Source of the DNA: Enoplolaimus lenunculus
Taxonomy: Eukaryota
Length of the DNA: 64,000 bases
NCBI GenBank assembly: GCA_030248215.1
Contig: JASANG010001414.1
Location: 124,001-188,000, forward strand
Direction of reading: 5' to 3'
The notes under the pieces are model-generated. The model saw only the letters and a program-made list of their open reading frames with translations. It was not told the DNA's origin and did not search any database. Both the position numbers and the translations under genes were made by a program. This document shows positions 12,415-26,964 of the stretch, piece by piece. Position 1 is the first letter of the stretch. Every line of letters starts with the position of its first letter.

Positions 12415-15400
12415 TTAGCAAATGTTTGGCATAGGATATTTTGCCGCATCTGGCATTATGCCGTTGCATCCGTTCGCTGAATGCTTGGTCAGCAGTGACA
12501 TTCGCGAAAATGTTTTTTGGCATCCGCCACAACGATACTTTTTGACATCAGAGTGCGTTTGTAAGTGCGCACGCAAATTTGAACGATCAGCAAACGCGCG
12601 ACCACAATGAGCGCAACCGAACGGTTTTTCACCTGTATGAGTTCGAATATGACCTAAAAATTTAAATTTTTAATTTTTAAATCAACAATTTCAGCTTAGC
12701 ACGGCAAAAAGATTTACTCGCCATCCTACGCTTAGGGGATGTTTAAAGGGTATATTCGTATATATATCACTGGCGGTCCCAGGATTTTTTCGGAAGAGGC
12801 GGACTTTTAAATTATATCTTTTATGTTGCTTTTCATGTAAGTATCATTTTATTTTTGTTCTAAAAATTTAACTGTGAAAAATTTCAAAAGAGGAGGGCCG
12901 CCCGCCCTTCCCCTGTGACCGTCCCTGATATATATTTTTTACCGACATTCCTTAAAAAATGAAAATAATAGCATTCTGAAGTAGTTTTGATTCGCCACAC
13001 ATGTTAGCAATATTTTTTCGTTGATGCTTAGATTTCACAGAATAAATTAAGTATGGCTCTGGTGTACGTATAAGTTTCGCTGGAAGCTTTAATTGTAATG
13101 CGGGTACATATTTGCAATTTTGTACAATAAAATGTTACTATAATGAATTATTAATACTTTAGTTTTATATTCTAGGATTTATCGTAAGGACTTGTCACCT
13201 ACTTATTGCTGGTAATTCCAAACCCCAACAAGCGAGTAGTACATTTTAGCAGCAGTGGTCGTAGCACGAGAACTCTTATATTACACCCTACTTTTGTGAA
13301 AATTTAAATATTTCTTACTATACCATAATTAGCTTGTTTCAAAACATTACTAAATAGCGATAGGTGACACACACATTTCAGAATGCATGCAAACTATAAT
13401 GTTTGTCACTGTAACTCACCTTGAAGCAGCCAAGGCCGTGAAAACGCTTTGCCGCACAGCTGACACTTGCACGGCAACGTATGCGTTCGAATGTGCATTT
13501 TCAACGCTCCAAGCGATCCGTAATTCTTATCGCAGTACTTGCAACTGAATTGCTTTTTCATCTGTGACGCACAATGAAATTGACGATGTTTACTCAAACC
13601 GCTGAAGGTCGAGTAGCTTCGATTGCAGTCTGGACATTGAAACCGTGGTGCAGATGATTGCTTACAGCGAGCCGGTCCAGCGAATTCTCCTTGTTGCCGT
13701 TTGAGCGCCCCGCTGCTCACTCCAACGCTCCCGAGCTTTGTCTCGATAATTGTTGTTGACGTTGTACCGGACAGACTTTTAGGGCACGTTGAGCAGCTTA
13801 GAATCGTGTGAACTTGACTACTATGCGGTGGAAATTTTGATGCCGGGTCAGCCCTAGCGAACAGCGAGTTTTGAGCCAAAGATGCATCGCGAGTTGAAAA
13901 TTGAACAGGGGAAGACACGTAAGTCTGGTTTACAATTGGAGTTGTGCTGGTTAGTAGCGTTGAAGTGCGGCTTGGGGTATCAGAAAACGGGCTGGTGTTC
14001 AATTTGGCATTTAGATCGGCAAATAGTTTATCGCTTCTGTTACAACGTAGTTTCTTGTCAGGAACTGGACAGTGTGGGGGTGATGATTCATCGTCATTGG
14101 TTGACCGTGAACTAGGAGACGGAACAGATAATGGTGAAAACATTTTGGCGAGCATATCATATCCGGTGCCGTTTGTCGGCATCTGACGATGACGTTTTTG
14201 CGTAGAATTCGCTGAAGTTAGAGAAGAAAGATACCAAAGCATCAGATCTTGATCGGGGGCGGCACTAGCGACACAAGGGCGCGGAATATTTTGACCTGGG
14301 GCGTGTTGGATTTGAGGACACCCGTAGTAAATGAGTTGCTGCCAAAATTCGTTTGCAGCGTACACTAGCGAGTGAAGGAACGAATCGTAAGGTACTTTAT
14401 GAATATCTGAAGACGGAAATGGATCTGCTGGAGGCGCAACTGTGCTAGTTGGCACGTTTTTCGAAACGTTAGGATCAGCATGCCATAATGAATCCAAAGT
14501 TGTTGTTTGGGAGTCATCGGTGAAAAACAGAGGATTGTTCTTAGGATGGGGAGCTGATAAATTGGCGACCGGTTGAGAAGTACCACGCGATTTTCGCAAG
14601 TCAATTGCATCGTGAAAACAAGGCGACCGCGGCAATGATGGAGTTGAGATTTCCGCATCTGACGAGCTGGTTTCCATTTCGGTCGTCTCTGTGTCTGCAG
14701 TCAGTCCTGCCATTAGACGTATATCTGAAATGAAATTTTTACAAAATTATTTGTAAACAAATAAATTTTAGCTCTTGTAATAAGCTTTTGCCACGTTTAA
14801 AAGGTTTATGGTTTAAACTCAGGTTTAGGCAAGTGCGTTATGCATAGATAAGCCCGTTTCCAAACTTGAGCAGAACTATGAGCCTAAAACGCCGAAATTT
14901 TTTGTCAAAATTGTGGATAAACAACGATCTACAACACTGTCTCCCGAACCAAACGCCTTTTCTGTAAAGTTTAATATTTTCCTTTTGAACTACGCAAATT
15001 GTAGCCATTTGTCAATTTTAACTTCAGCTCGCGCAATGTTCAATGAGATGAACGCTGTGAAACATCGTCGCCCGATAACTTGTCGCCCACCAATGCCGGA
15101 AAGCCTATGAATAAGTCTAAACATAACCCTGAGCGTAATCCTATACACCAAAGCCTAAGCATAATGTTTGGCAAACAGTTGTGGAGTGGATAATATTTCG
15201 GATTACAAGTTGTCGGGCGACAAATTGTCTCAATGCCGTGAAACATTAATAGTTTATTCATAACCGGTACGGTGCCACAAATGCTAAGATACACTGCCCT
15301 CTTCATCGGTATGTTTACATAATTTGCAAACTTAATTGTTTTCGTTTTAAACCTTCGTATCCGTACAAACTCTGCATATTTAGATTGCGCTGTACTGCAG

Positions 15401-15515
15401 CTTGAGACAGTTTCTTACCTTCAAAAATAGACTTGCGTCTGACGGTGGCTGGTTTCTTGGCATCAACGTTGCGAAAATTTTGTGAAAATAAATTCGTTCC
15501 TGCGTTATTCGACAT
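12415..15515 (-). CDS. snail: Snail/Slug/Escargot-family C2H2 zinc-finger transcription factor
   Basis: Exons 13420-14724 and 12415-12653 (GT-AG, phase 1) encode five fingers: [100 protein letters not shown] and [24 protein letters not shown]. The upstream exon 15419-15515 (MSNNAG...IFE) joins in frame but is less certain. Confidence 0.95.
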
Positions 15516-16120
15516 TACTTCTTTTTTATAGCGTTTGTTTGCGTAAGGCACGTTAATAATCACCGTATACTTGTTTAAGGCACTTAAAAGGCACTGATAT
15601 ATACTTTTGTCTAAAATTAAACGGATATATTGACGTATTACCTTGATTTAAACACAGACTGCATGACATTTATGTTCGGACATTTGGGATGGTGCTATAC
15701 TTGTCATGAGGCACCGTCCTTGATCGTACGTAGCTGTCCGTCACCGTACGGCGTTGTCTGAGTATATGCTTGCGTTGGCTACCCCACGGTGATGTACGGT
15801 GACGAACGGTGGCACACGGGACGTCCGGCGACGGACGACGCCGGAAGACGTTATAAAAATTTCGAAAAAGCGCCATCCTACCCTACCCCAAAATGTTCAA
15901 CTTGAGAGCAATAAACTGATTTGTTTAACTTGTCATAATAAAATGTGTCACTTGCGAGTGGTACTCCGACGCTGAGAAGACGTGGTCAATTTTTCTGAAG
16001 GAATTGAGTGCAGTTACAACATAAAGCAATAATTGCTGAATTCATGGCTCATTGTGAAAATATTTAACAAATAGAAAACTGGCAGAAACCAATAGTCCAA
16101 AATCCGAGGTCAATTCACAT

Positions 16121-16324
16121 AGCCCATGTTACTTTAAAGGGCGTCCAGGTTTCTGGTGGGTCCGTAAAAGAGTAAATTTACATTCTAGATTCCATTTGTT
16201 TTGCTTAGGCTTAGGCTTAGGCTTAGACTTAGGCTTAGGAACACATTTTTGCAACGCTTAGGCTTAGGTTTAGGCTTAGCAATACGGTTAATGTACTGTT
16301 ATGCCACTAAAAGTAACATTGCCC
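16121..16324. mobile_element. MITE family B copy with 8-bp TSD attcacat
   Basis: attcacat at 16113-16120 and 16325-16332. Body matches 10693-10877. Another partial copy lies at ~3712-3898. Confidence 0.85.
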
Positions 16325-19300
16325 ATTCACATTATGATAAAGCGTGTGCAGAATGTTACCGAAATTCAAAATTTTTTTACAATAATTTTAATTAAAACTA
16401 TAATTTATAAAAAAATAGCCAAACATGGAATTGTATAATTTGTCTAAATTTTCGATATCATTAACACAAAGCTTGATACGATCGCAGTGGTACGCGCAAA
16501 TACTAGCTCGCAATTATGTTGAAATATTAAGTTTAGGATAAACTTAAACGCAAAGTTGTAACTACTAATAATATTGAAAACAGACCGGTAGATAGTGTTT
16601 GCCACTTGCGCATCAACTGATTTACGACTGGTAACTTTGAACAACTCATGCCAAAATTAGCACAGTCGACAACTGCGTTGAGTCAAATATAATCAAAACA
16701 TTTTCAACTGACCTTTTGATTGTTATTGGTTTACAGTTGGCAACTGACAATGTCAAATAGACAGAAATATTGCCAGAAATTATGTTCAAAGGCACAAAAA
16801 CGACGATTTCGACTAAGTACAAAACTTGAAATATTTTAAATTTAATTAAAAATAATGTGAACTTTGGTGCTACGAAAAAGTGTAGTTTGAAATTTTAATG
16901 AAGATTTTCGAGCTGAAATTTTGTTTGTAAGCTTCTAGAATCATTAATTTTATTATTTACCTGTTCGACATGAAACGCGAAGACATTAATAATTGAAAAA
17001 TCCTACATTTCGGCGCAAAAATGCATTTCAGTCCGCAGACTGATTTTTCCATTTGTATGATTTTAATACTGCTATATATACCGTTGTAATGGCTTATTAG
17101 TTTTTCCTCGCAAACGAAAAATGAGTATAAAGCATAACCAGTTGTACTAAAATTTATTGCAAATCTATCAAAAATTTCAATTGCTTTTTAGTTTTAATTT
17201 TTAATTAATAATATGAGAAGCCACCATCACAAACTAATTTGTAAAATATACCGTTTCGACTCGTTACAGCTACAAACAACCAAAATTTTTCGACGATAGT
17301 GTAAACTTTGTTCTCCAAGTTTCTTATATTCCGAGGATAGTAAAGTTTCTTGTCCAAATTTCTTCAAATAATCACACCTAGTAAATCTGGTGTCAAACAT
17401 TTTTGTTAAAAGTTAAATTTGCCACTCTTAGAAGAACCGCCCTGGAACAACACATCTCTACAACCGCCGCTTAACGATATCGAGATTTCAACAAAACCGG
17501 TAGAGTGGAAACTTTGGTCTCTTTTAAACCTGGCGATGATATCTTCAAATTATCACACGGGCTCGAAGGCAAACGCTTGGTCGTTATAGAAACATTTGAC
17601 CGGCACCGATTTGTGCTCCGGAAAATATATATGCAATTGCCTCGTGGTGCACGAAGCGGTGTGTATAGGCACCTTTAGCCTATAACCCCACGAAAATAAT
17701 TGGCCCCAAAACCCTCTCAGCAAAACATCAAGCATTCCTTTATTCTCACGCGACATAAATCAAACAACCCTTAAATCCGATACAAAGACAACCAAATAAT
17801 AACCTTAAGGTGTGTTAAGTGTTCATTAAAAGTTTTTACATTCTGCTATAAACAGTTTACCACCGAGTCAAGTTTAAACTGTAAGGGTCATTATTAGATG
17901 CAGTGCAGTCTTTGGAGTTCGTTACCATTTGGGAGCCATATGCCCTCAAATTTTACGTACCTTTTGCAATCGACCTATCATACAGACGGATGTTCCCGAG
18001 CCTGTCAAAGGCGTAACCAGGATTTTATATTCAGTAAGGTATAACCTCCATGTAAACGTTTTTTTTTTCACGAACGAGTGTAGCGAGCAAGGAAATTATT
18101 TTGTCCTGCAGGATCCAATGGATTATTTTGAAACGTGTCAGAGTGTGCTTTGTGACGTCCCGTAAAACAATTTTCAATAGAACACAATTCCGTCGTGCCT
18201 GCCTGCCAATTTGTACACACCCCTTGAGAGTGCACCTCCATTTCCTGGTGACACAATTGAATCGCGGCAGCGATTTATTCAGAAAGAAACAAGCGAAAAA
18301 CCAGGCAAAAACACGCACAAGGCGTTGGCACTCAATTAAATATTAAAGTTTATGACATTTTGCAAAAATTTGCATTTGTCATGATACTGTGTTTTCTGGG
18401 TCGAACGAAACGTATAAACATCGTTGCAAAACAGAGTCGAAAAACGCACGGTAGTGGCGTATATACGAAGGATAGGGGATATATCCTCTTTTGTAAATCC
18501 GTCAAAAAAAAGAAGGACACTACTTACACAATTATTACAAACCAGTTTCTAGAGCTCAAATAAATTTCTCGCTCGCAAAACACCTTTGAGGTTAAAACTT
18601 CGTCTTGTAATCAAATTCCGGCTCCGGATAACGCTATGAACAAAAGCTATGCAAACAACATTGCACTTTATCTCAGAATAAATGAGTTCTGGTGGTGACC
18701 TCAGATACTATATAATTGCGCCTGAAAAATTTTAAGGTATAAAATCACGTTCTCGAATGGTTGGTATATATGGGTTAAGAAGGCGGTTCTTGCAATATTG
18801 TTTTGGATGCCTGTCAAAAATGTACCACTATAAGCTCGGTATAAAGTACCTTGCGGAGAAGTGTATATATATGCGTGTGCAAGGTTTGACATTATCCCAG
18901 CACCCAGGAATATTATATTTTTCTCGGGGAACACCACAATAATGAACCGTACATATATTTTGTATTTTTGAGATGTAAATGCGATATGAAATATTCAGCA
19001 GTTCCAAAATAAGACCAAGATTTACCTTAAACGATATTAATGTCACACTGAACTGTGTTTAGTTTTTCTTTAATACAACCGTTTAAGCATAAACGCGACC
19101 CTGAAAAAAAGCACAATTTAAGCTGTATCCAAGTCCAAACTACCGAAATTCATTGGCTGATCCAAAGGGATGCCGACTACGCCTTTAGGGATCGAAACCA
19201 ACCTTTTGTATGTGGTACTGAAATTGCGTTTGGGTTTTTGTTTCGGTCGCTTTGATCGCGAGCATTATTATATTATTGCGTGCCGCTGACTCCGCCCCCC

Positions 19301-20352
19301 CCGCTCGCCAGAAACTTCTTCTGCATTTGCTGCTACCAAAATTACGTTAAGGTTAATGGTACATATTATAGCTGTCGTGTCAGCGTTGTGGGCCAAACCC
19401 TGAAATGGTTTAGATTTGGGGGTTTATAAGTTTTTGTACAAAAATAATGCGGTGCTTCTCGAGTTGCACTTTAAGAGTGTGCAAATATCGCACTTATTAC
19501 CTCTGAATAATACCACTTGTGGTAATGACACAACAATATAAACAACTCACGTTTTACACCTCATCATTTTGGTTGAAAGGCACCAAAAACAGACAATACG
19601 AAACGGATTACGGTATATATAGCAGAGAGACGATGTTTCGTTGTCATTGTGGGCTGGGTTTTGTTGGTTCGTGGACAAAATTGGGAAAGTTTTGGAGTGA
19701 AATTTGGTTGTGAAATTTAATAATATTAAATTTTTTATCATAACTAAAAAAATTAAGGAATTTTGACGAATCATAATACAGAAATTAACTCTGCATTTTT
19801 GAGAGACAAGAATTAATGAAATAGGCTAGGCTTTAGGTTTTCAGACCTGAATTAAATGGACCAGCTGCACTATAAACTATTGGGTTAAACAGAATATGTT
19901 AGGTTTAATTTAATATTTTCATTGAAATGCAACAATGCCAAAATATACTCATAAAACGAAAAGTATACTTATTGGTTTTATTAGCACTGATTTATAGTTT
20001 AAAACAAAATTTATTCAGCAAACTGAAGCTTTATTAAAAATATTTTTTTATTTTTTTAAACTCAACAGTTTTCCCACTCAACTAAATGTCCACTTTGATG
20101 AATACCATTAAAGACAGGAACACTTTCTTTATGATACAATGCGAGTAAATGTGATCATATTATTCTGGTATTCTGAGTTTCAGGATTGGAAATGGTATTT
20201 ATAGATTATAATTTAATAACTCCACACAATTTCATTAGCCATGCTATGCAAACGCTTCTATGGTAAATTAATTGTTAAGCGGCTATTGGCGACTAATCAG
20301 GCCCTGAAAAGACATTTGGAATAGTGTATACCAAGGTAAAGCATTTTTACTA

Positions 20353-20598
20353 CACTCAAAATAATATTTCTGATATTTAAGAAAAAATTTCTCACATTTA
20401 AGAAATATAATTAGCAAGGTGCACTTGAATAGTATTTCTGTTATAACAGAAAAGATTGCAGAAAAGTTTTGAAATAAAGTCTGAAAATAAACGTTTTCCA
20501 GTTATTTTTGGAAAAACTGTCTTAAATATCAGGAAAACTTTTCATATTTGCCACAGAAAATACTCTACTGAATAAATTCAGAAATACTTTTTTGTGTG
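20353..20598. mobile_element. TA-flanked MITE (inverted copy of 6892-7136)
   Basis: TA|cactcaaaataatatttctga...tcagaaatacttttttgtgtg|TA. Confidence 0.75.
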
Positions 20599-20815
20599 TA
20601 CTGAGAAACTATATTCCTTATCTGCTGCGAGAACATCAGCTCTCGCGTGGACCTTGTTAAAAGTGATCATTTCAGTAAAGTACGACTCGTTCAAATTTTC
20701 TTTCAAGGACTCTCTTCACGCTTCGCATATACTTTGTGATGAATTTCTAGCAGTCCCACAGAGACCCGGTGTAACCATTTTATTCATCCATGAAGCCACC
20801 TTACTTCAACAAGAG

Positions 20816-21030
20816 GGCCAATGTATAGAACAGGGGCGGAACAGTATTGTAGGCCTGCTCCTATGCTTAAGCCTAAGCCTGAGTCTAAGCCTAAGTTTAA
20901 AAATGAGTTTATGCCTATGCCTATGCCTAAGCCTATGCCTAAGCCAAGCAAAAAAATTGTTTAAAGCTTAAGCTTTAACTTTTTTCTAGTCCCTCAGAAA
21001 AAAGTTCCGCCCCTGATCTTTACATGGGCC
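20816..21030. mobile_element. MITE family A with TTAGGC array and 8-bp TSD aacaagag
   Basis: TIR ggccaatgtatagaacaggggcggaac / gttccgcccctgatctttacatgggcc. TSD at 20808-20815 and 21031-21038. Confidence 0.9.
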
Positions 21031-22895
21031 AACAAGAGCGTGCAAGGGGATACATTCAGTGTAGAAAAGAATCTACCCGGCATAGCACACAGTGCGTTTT
21101 TGACTTACCCCCCTTTATTTAGCTGGGGGTACAACCTGTGTGAACCATGACACTTTATGTATCTGGCACCAAATATTGCTCCGGTTACAGTATAATGTAG
21201 GGTTACTGCTTGTAACAACGACAACCCCCACTAAGCAAGAGGGGGTAGACTAAAAACGCAACGTCCGGTGGTACATTTTGTACCATGCGGAACCACAAGA
21301 GACACTCTTTTATTATGCACTCTTGGTTATACCAATTCCATTCAAACCAAAAATTTTCAACATGATTCATTGCACACTTTAGCTTTTTCATCTCTTGAAA
21401 TCATCAGGGAGGCTTTAACTGATACCGTAGTGGGAACTCCAATAATTGATGTCTTCTGGGGACTTTAGTTGACCCTCGTTTTTGATTTGCGGAAACAATT
21501 CTAAGCTCAACATTTAGTATCAATGTAGGGAAATACGAAAACATGGCATTTCTTGAAAGAACGGATCTTTTCATTATGAATGCATATCAAAAGGCTTAGG
21601 AAAACTTACTTGTCTTACATAATTTCAACGCTGGTGTGCTCAAGGTTGTGAGTTTTTAATCAACATCAAACTGACATATAATCGGTCTTACTTTATAAAT
21701 TTTAAAAACAAATACAATTTGGTATAAATATACATCTTTTATTTATTGCATACAAATTGTTATGCTTTTTACTTACTAACAACGTGGATCTACAGTGAGA
21801 AAATCTGCCACCGAACTTGAAGGAAAAACAAAAACAAATCACCGCTCGTTTTAACTTAAATTCTAATGAGTTGGTTAACCAGCTCAAAGAGAGAAATATT
21901 CAATTCTGGATATATATTTTTGAGTTAATAACAGTAAATATTAATTCATTGTGAGCTGATTTAATTCTGGATAAGTGCATCCATTAACTCACAATGAGTT
22001 TAATCATTTCAGAATTCTGAGTTCTGAAAGACCTAATTCAGAGCTCAGGCTTGTGAGTGGATTCAATTCATGCTGAGTTCAAATCAATTCACTAGAATTT
22101 ACAGTGATACACAAACGCGATAAGACCAACCTGACCATTTCCTATATAAAATGTCAATCAAAAAAATTTGAAATTTAAAAATTTTGATGTCGGAACTCAA
22201 TTAAATGTAACAAAATTCTCTCGTCGTAAGAAACCAGAAATTGGCTTTGTAAACCGCTGCAAGAAACGCCGTAATGATAGGTAATATTGACGTTAACTGA
22301 TCGGCCAACCAAAAAAGTTTCACACGGTCCACCAGGCAGCTAAGTTAGGATAAGGGTATTAAACATTTGGCAGACGCAGTGAAAATTTCTGTTTGAGTGG
22401 TTCTCAAGATGGCAGGGATTGCTTCAAATGTAGATGATTGTCGGTAAGTATGGACTATAAAACAACAAAGCATTGTACAAAACGTAATAACGCTAAATTT
22501 AAGTTTTAATTCAGGAATTCAAAGTTTGCTGGATTATTAGGTGCAAAGCAAACTATGAAAACTTAGTAATATATTCTTGAAACGTAATCTTAAACTATTA
22601 TCATGGCATCGATAGAATTCAAATCCACCAAGTGGTTAATAAATATATTTTCAAACAAGTGCACTTTAAGATGAGGAAATATAAATATGGACACTTGTTT
22701 AAACACATAGATCAAATCAACGGCAAAAGTTGTGCTTAGTTTCGAAGCTTAACCATGCAACATTTCGCTGGATTTGATGAGTGGTACACACGTAAAGAAC
22801 TCGTAAAATAGAATTCTGACCTACACCGCCTTAGTTGCTAAGCGTAATTTAAGAAACAAAAACTTTCAACTCTAAAGTTGGTAGTCATTTTATTA

Positions 22896-23184
22896 AAGAC
22901 CTATTCACACAACTAGTTTTTGCTGTGAGAACTTGCATTTTTTCATCAACCAATGAGAAAGCGGCTACAATAAATTCAGTGAACTTGCATGGTTATTCAC
23001 ACATGTGAACTAAATTCCTAGCTATGATTTTTAATGAATTATTTGCAGCTGCAAGTTTTCGAATGGGAGTTTGAACAAAACTTGCAAGTGCAAGTGCAGC
23101 TGTGAGTTCTCGCAGCAAAAACTTGCAAGTGCAAGTGCAGCTGCGAGTTTTCGCAGCAAAAACTTGCAAGTGAGAATAGGGCTC
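22896..23184. mobile_element. Small inverted-repeat element with an internal ~40-bp tandem repeat
   Basis: Ends agacctattcacac / gtgagaatagggct. The unit aaaacttgcaagtgcaagtgcagctg.gagtt.tcgcagc is repeated. Confidence 0.5.
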
Positions 23185-23290
23185 AACTTTTGCTCGTATA
23201 GTATTATAATTAAAGGTTGTCTCATGGCCACAATGAACGATTCTCCTGATATTTCTTCCATGCGGTCATGCAGTGTTACGAATTTAAATC

Positions 23291-23358
23291 ATATTATTAT
23301 TATTAGTAGTAGTATTATTATTATTGTTGTTGTTGTTATTATTGTTGTTCTTGTTACT
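23291..23358. repeat. Compound trinucleotide microsatellite (TAT/TAG/TGT)n
   Basis: Seen directly in the sequence. Confidence 0.85.
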
Positions 23359-26300
23359 AGAGGTGTCATGTTCGCTAACCGAATTCTGCAGAAAATCAAT
23401 GTATATAGGGCAAGTAATTATGGTCTGGCGCGGAGTATCATGTCCTGTAACCAACTAAACCATTAAAACACCATTTCAATCTACGATCAAAAGCTATACC
23501 TCATTATTCACCTGCTGACAGAGAGCTAACAGGACAAAGTTTCTGCAAAACGATACAAAACTTTTCGAATTAAAACACTCTTCAGAGTTCATTGACACAT
23601 CAAAGTACGGCGGCGCCGGCTGGCTCACATCAATACAGAGCACAGCTGTCCTGTTTGTCTGTACGTTGGCCATTGGAACTTTTACCTTTGTGGCTCCAAA
23701 ATACCGACTGATCGAATTTAATTTCCGCCGGCGTTTGAACAGAGGGTATCAGGTTTGGCACTGCGTCTTCAGCATTCATAAATTGTTGCCTTAATCGATA
23801 CTTTTATAGTGCTGACTCTTGTACACTTTTCACCCACGGGTTTAGGCTGATTCGTAGCGAAAGGGGATTAGGTTTCGGAAATGACTCGCCCAGGCCTAAG
23901 TCTCTGCCTAATCCTTTGCCATCGTCTAAGCCTGAGCATAAGCCCAAACTTTAACTTTAAATGCGACGAAAGTGTACAAGAATCGCAGTTTTTTAGTCCT
24001 TTACAAGAATTCCAAAGGCTTGTCAAAATTTATGTAGCTTTTCAACATTCTTTGAAAGCAGTTGAATAAAAATTCAACAATTTATAAGGCTTTGTGAAAC
24101 GAGAGAAATATATAATACATTGGTTGTTCTACAGAAACATAGTTTTACATTCGCATTTGAAGTTGCAGCCAATATATAAAACACGGCCGTAAACAATAGT
24201 ATTAATATTCCTAAGACTAAGCCTAAGCATAAGGATAAGCCTATAAGCAAAAGGATAACCCTAAGCCTAAACTTAAGCCTAAACCTAACCAGTAAAATCA
24301 ATTTTTCCAATGGTAAAGTTCAAAATTACTCTATTGGAGTCTCGCGGAAAAACTACTTGCCCCTGATCTTTACATGAGCAAAAGCTGGGATCGTTTGTTG
24401 CTATGATTTGAAGTGTTTTTCCGGTGTTGCATGGTTATATATACAAAGAAAAGTTTAAAGTATGCAGAAAAACCAAAAAAAAATTAATTTGACCTAAAGC
24501 CAAAAATCAGTAAAAAAATTCAATCAAAAATTCAAAAATTGCAATTTTGACAACAAATGAAGAAGAATCCGGAATGGACTTCGACTTAAACGCAGAGAAT
24601 CCAGAAGTTTTTAGTTGTGGAAAATTTAAAGATGAAGAAACTGGCAATGCAACCATTTCTCACGGCAATTTCACAATTTCAACGCCGCTGTCTACGATGA
24701 TACAAATCAAGCGCCAATTTTTCAGTCAAATTTTGCTCGATCTTGTACTACTGTGTAAATACCGCACTGATTAATTTTTAAGCCAATATACGACCAAAAA
24801 TTGGTTTGATTTCTCGACACTAAAGATAAAATGCCAAAACTATAATAATAATAATAATAACAATAATCGTACAATCAGAACGCGCGTTCCGCGCCAAGAT
24901 TTATCACAACTCTGCACAATTCTGTTCAGATTTGTCATCTTTTCACACAAACACCATATATCTTTTGATCGGTTGCTAAACCTGAAATAGAACGAACGCA
25001 TTTAACATTATAGTTTTGATATCAGGCAAATTTCATCTCTTATCATCGTCGTTTGAGGCGTGCCTTTTTGCCATTTGAAATAAGCCTTTATTATTGGAAA
25101 GGTATCATCAAATAATTGGTTCAAATAGCAAATATGACGCTCGTATTAAAGCAATGATAAGCAATTTTATAAGCTTCGCACAGTTGACCCAGTGACAAAT
25201 CACAACTGTTGTTTAATTATGTTTGTGGTTTTGGCAACATAAACAATCGCAGTAGAAGCTAATGCAGAGTGCTGTGAGAAATGAGGGTTGTCCAGTTCAA
25301 GCGAAGGTTTTGCTGATTAATAAATTTTGTAGCGAGAGGGAAGGTGGAACGCAGCAAAGGATGGAACTTAAATTAATATTTAAAGTAAATTATATATATA
25401 TTTATTTTGTTTATTTATTTCTTTATATATAAATATATGTATATACATGGAACAAAAGCGTAAACTTGTGCATGAATAGGTATATACATATTGCTTAAAA
25501 CGACTTCTACATTGGAGGCGACCATGGGCGTACCGAGAGGGGGGATAGAAGGGGGGGCGTGGTATCCCCAATCGAAATCAGTACTTGCGTCATTAACTTT
25601 AGATACAAAAGTTTTGTATTTCTCGCTCGCGGTGTTTTTCACTGATCAATTTTTCTGTTCAAAGGTAGGCATCAAAATCAAATTTCCCAACCTGACCACC
25701 TCAGAATTAAAGATAGTAATAAAAAATGTGCCAACCTTCACATTTACATAAGCTCTGGACCATGCGGAGTTCGGTCTATTGGTGTAGACCCCGCGCTTTA
25801 TGAATAAAGAAATGATTAAAGACTGCTGCAGAGTGATTTAATACTGAAGTAATGTATAGCTTCTCGCTCGCTTCGGTCGCGAATTGTTCAAACCTCTGCC
25901 TAAATTCTGGCTTCGAGCCTTCGCTCACTTCGTTTCAACTCCTAGTGCCAACAAATATTTCATATTATATTTAAATTCCTCCACAAAAATTTCAAACTGA
26001 AGTTCCGTACTAGAGTACACGACAATAGTATCTAGCTTTTCGCTCGCGATAGTTTTTCCAATCGTGCTCTCGTCGCAAACAATTCGACCTGGTTCAGATA
26101 CCCAAACTGCGAAATTTGAAGGACCTAAACGGCATCACTGATACATATATAACGAGTCCTGAAAGTTACATAAGGTAGGTTCAAAGTCCAAACGAAATTC
26201 TTCATTTTTAAACCCAGGGCCGTCCACTAAAGTAACTCCATCCGAAATTTCTGGAATAACAACAAAAAAGTCGCTACTAGAGGCTTATACCCTGCTAGAT

Positions 26301-26964
26301 TGTAAACGTCAAAAAATAGGTAACCTTTCAGAAAAGAAATCCGTGCACCGCCCCTGGTCAGAATGCTGCCTTCGCGATATTTACATCACTTCAAGGTTTT
26401 CAATGAGTTACAATCAAAGTTGAAAACTTTCTATGGGGGCAAAATTTTTTCCAAGAGGTCTGAGTCCCCTGGCCCCCCCCTTGGCTACGGGCCCGTGGCG
26501 GGTATGTATCAGTAACGAATGGCGGTGTAGGGCGGGTTAAAAATAAATAAAAGTCAGCAACCGAATAACAGGGGGTTCCCTCTAAACAGGCAAATAAATA
26601 TCGGTGCCCCCTCTTATTCGAATCACTACAGTAGTTTCTTATATGCAACATTCTGTAACTTTTATTGAAATTGTTCAAGTCTTCGGATCCTCACATGTAA
26701 CCCTGAGCGAAGGCGGATGAAGGTCGGATCACCCATCCAGAAATTCCTTGACCCACCTTTATGTTGAAGTCCCACCAAATCTGGGGGGAGTTCCCAGCCA
26801 CGACCCATGCACGCTCTTGGGTACTACCTTTTTTAAATTTGCAGACAATTGGTCCGAGGTTCGATTCCCGGCGTGGCCATATCTTTCGGAGAAATTTAGG
26901 AAAAAAACAAATATATTCGCAGTACTTCGTAGGAAGGGGTCGTCCCTACCGTGCAGTTCTGACA

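Noticed and set aside
16200..16280. True telomere or chromosome-fusion scar
   Set aside because: The arrays are short and enclosed by TIRs with 8-bp TSDs.
16400..26000. Specific snail enhancers (TCF-like ctttgat motifs, GC box near 19290)
   Set aside because: Short motifs of this kind are expected by chance, and no conservation data are available.
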